From assembly GCA_047606605.1 (NCBI GenBank), contig JASGEG010000101.1, positions 2,217 to 66,216 on the forward strand: a DNA stretch of 64,000 nucleotides, given 5' to 3'. The DNA comes from Rhizobium sp. GTDB taxonomy: Bacteria; Pseudomonadota; Alphaproteobacteria; Rhizobiales; Rhizobiaceae. Within the stretch, counting starts at the first letter, position 1. Each line of letters begins with the position of its first letter. Below are positions 62,112 to 64,000 of this stretch, one piece after another. The notes below the pieces were generated by a model. That model had not been told where the DNA came from, did no database searches, and worked only from the letters and a program-made list of their open reading frames with translations. Made by a program: the position numbers and the translations under genes.

Positions 62112-63290
62112 ATGACGCTGGCGCGTGTTGCTTTCTTCAGCTGTGCAATTGCCGTTCTTACCGCATCCCCGGTGCTGGCGCAGGGCGCCCCGCCCGCGGC
62201 CCCGGTCACGGTCGCCAAGCCCGTCGTCCGGGACGTCATCGACAGCGACGAGTTCATCGGGCGCTTCCAGGCGGTCGACGAGGTCTCCGTCCGCTCGCGC
62301 ATCGGCGGCTATCTGCAGGGCGTGCATTTCGAAGACGGCACCATGGTCAAGCAGGGAGACCTGCTCTTCGTCATCGACCAGCGGCCCTATGTCAACGCGC
62401 TGAACGAAGCCACGGCGTCGCTGGAGGTCGCCAAGTCGACGCTGACGAATGCCGAGGCGCAATTTACCCGCACGCAGGCTTTGGCGGGCACCGGCAGCCT
62501 GTCCGCCTCCAATCTCGACGACCGCCGCCGCGACCTGATCTCGGCGCAGGCCAATGTCCGCGGCGCGCAGGCCTCCGTCGATCGGGCCACGCTCGACATG
62601 GAATATACCAAGATCACCGCGCCGCTCAGTGGCCGTATCGACCGCCGCCTGATTTCGGTCGGCAATCTCGTGCAGGCCGACCAGACGGTCCTGACCACCA
62701 TCGTTTCGCTCGATCCGATCGATTTCTATTTCGATGTCGACGAGCGCCGCCTGCTGTCCTATGCCGACGAGGCGCGCAAGCATGGCAGCGCCCTGCAGCA
62801 GGGCGGCGGCGGGCTCAACGTCACCGTGACGATTGCCGATCGGCGCCAGAAGCCGTTCAAGGGCAAGCTCGACTTCTCGGAGAACCGCGTCGACAACGAA
62901 ACCGGCACGATGCGCGTGCGCGCCCGCTTCCCCAATCCGGATCTGGTCCTGCAGCCCGGCCTCTTCGGGCGCATCCAGGTCGAAGGTTCCAACAGTTACA
63001 AGGCGATTCTCGTTCCCGATGAAGCCATCGGCTCCGATCAGAGCCAGCGCGTCGTCTATATCGTGGGCGCCGACGGCAATGTGACGCCGAAGGCCGTCCG
63101 GCTCGGGCCGAAGCTTTACGGCTACCGCGTCATCCGCGAGGGCATGACCGGCGACGAGACCATCGTCGTCAACGGGCTGATGCGCATCCGGCCGGGCGTC
63201 AAGATCGCGCCGCAGCTGATCGAGCTGCCGCAGGAAGCGCCGAATGACGAGGCGCCTGCCCAGGCAGCGGCGCAGGGGACCGACCAATGA
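62112..63290 (+). CDS. RND efflux periplasmic adaptor (MexE-like)
   Basis: VKQGDLLF.ID, I.APLSGRI, DNETGT..VRA. Confidence 0.9.
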   Translation: MTLARVAFFSCAIAVLTASPVLAQGAPPAAPVTVAKPVVRDVIDSDEFIGRFQAVDEVSVRSRIGGYLQGVHFEDGTMVKQGDLLFVIDQRPYVNALNEATASLEVAKSTLTNAEAQFTRTQALAGTGSLSASNLDDRRRDLISAQANVRGAQASVDRATLDMEYTKITAPLSGRIDRRLISVGNLVQADQTVLTTIVSLDPIDFYFDVDERRLLSYADEARKHGSALQQGGGGLNVTVTIADRRQKPFKGKLDFSENRVDNETGTMRVRARFPNPDLVLQPGLFGRIQVEGSNSYKAILVPDEAIGSDQSQRVVYIVGADGNVTPKAVRLGPKLYGYRVIREGMTGDETIVVNGLMRIRPGVKIAPQLIELPQEAPNDEAPAQAAAQGTDQ

Positions 63291-64000
63291 GGTTCTCCCA
63301 TTTCTTCGTCGACCGGCCGATCTTCGCCTCGGTCCTGTCCATCCTGCTGCTGATCATCGGCGGCCTTGCCTATTTCCAGCTGCCGGTGGCGCAATATCCG
63401 GAGATCGCGCCGCCGACCATCGTGGTGCGCACCTCCTATCCCGGCGCCGACTCCCAGACCATCGCCGATACGGTGGCGACGCCGATCGAGCAGGAGGTCA
63501 ACGGCGTCGAGGACATGCTCTACATGTCCTCCTATTCCAGCGCCGACGGCTCGATGGCGCTGACCATCACCTTCAAGCTCGGCACCGATCTCGACAAGGC
63601 GCAGGTGCTGGTGCAGAACCGCGTCTCGATCGCCGAGCCGCGCCTGCCCGAGGAGGTCCGCCGCATCGGCATCACCACGGTCAAGAGCTCGCCAGACCTG
63701 ATGATGGTCGTGCATCTGCTGTCGCCGGACAACCGCTACGACCAGCTCTACATCTCCAACTATGCCCGCACCCGCATCCGCGACCTTCTCGTCCGGCTCG
63801 ACGGGGTCGGCGACGTCCAGCTCTTCGGCGAGCGACAATATTCGCTGCGCATCTGGCTCGATCCGGAAAAGCTCGCCGCCTATGGCATGACCGCCGGCGA
63901 TATCGTTCAGGCGCTCCGGGACCAGAACGTACAGGTCTCCGGCGGTTCGATCGGCGGCCCGCCGGTCTCCGGCACCAACGCCTTCCAGTATACGGTGACG
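63287..64000 (+). CDS. RND efflux inner-membrane transporter (MexF-like), 3'-truncated by window
   Basis: MRFSHFFVDRPIFASVLS..LPVAQYPEIAPPT; ATGA overlap. Confidence 0.92.
   Translation, partial: MRFSHFFVDRPIFASVLSILLLIIGGLAYFQLPVAQYPEIAPPTIVVRTSYPGADSQTIADTVATPIEQEVNGVEDMLYMSSYSSADGSMALTITFKLGTDLDKAQVLVQNRVSIAEPRLPEEVRRIGITTVKSSPDLMMVVHLLSPDNRYDQLYISNYARTRIRDLLVRLDGVGDVQLFGERQYSLRIWLDPEKLAAYGMTAGDIVQALRDQNVQVSGGSIGGPPVSGTNAFQYTVT

Overview
GC-rich alphaproteobacterial chromosomal segment, Rhizobiaceae-like, judged from the ndvB/ndvA/expR/pyc, phaR-phbAB and helicase-fdxA-carD-rpoH2 gene order. It is mostly core genome: a peptide ABC operon, cyclic beta-1,2-glucan genes (ndvB, opgC-like, ndvA), a frameshifted RopA-type porin, expR, pyc, a cystine-type ABC transporter, ispG, ispA, mtgA, rpmF, phaR/phbA/phbB, a SUV3-like helicase, Hsp15, fdxA, carD, rpoH2, an M48 protease, TPP-riboswitch-controlled thiBPQ, thiN, an ABC-F protein and the start of an RND pump. 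No CRISPR, tRNA, rRNA or transposase was seen. The most striking unexplained feature is a ~0.9 kb non-coding array (about 43860-44760) upstream of the helicase. It has four units that align without gaps, each with an NrdR-like box, a LexA-like box, GANTC sites and an inverted LexA-like box, with phased TTAA motifs in three of them; I counted 22 GANTC sites by hand. A Leu/Val-rich leader-peptide attenuator also precedes a Bcr/CflA-type MFS gene. All calls come from reading the sequence by eye; no searches were run.
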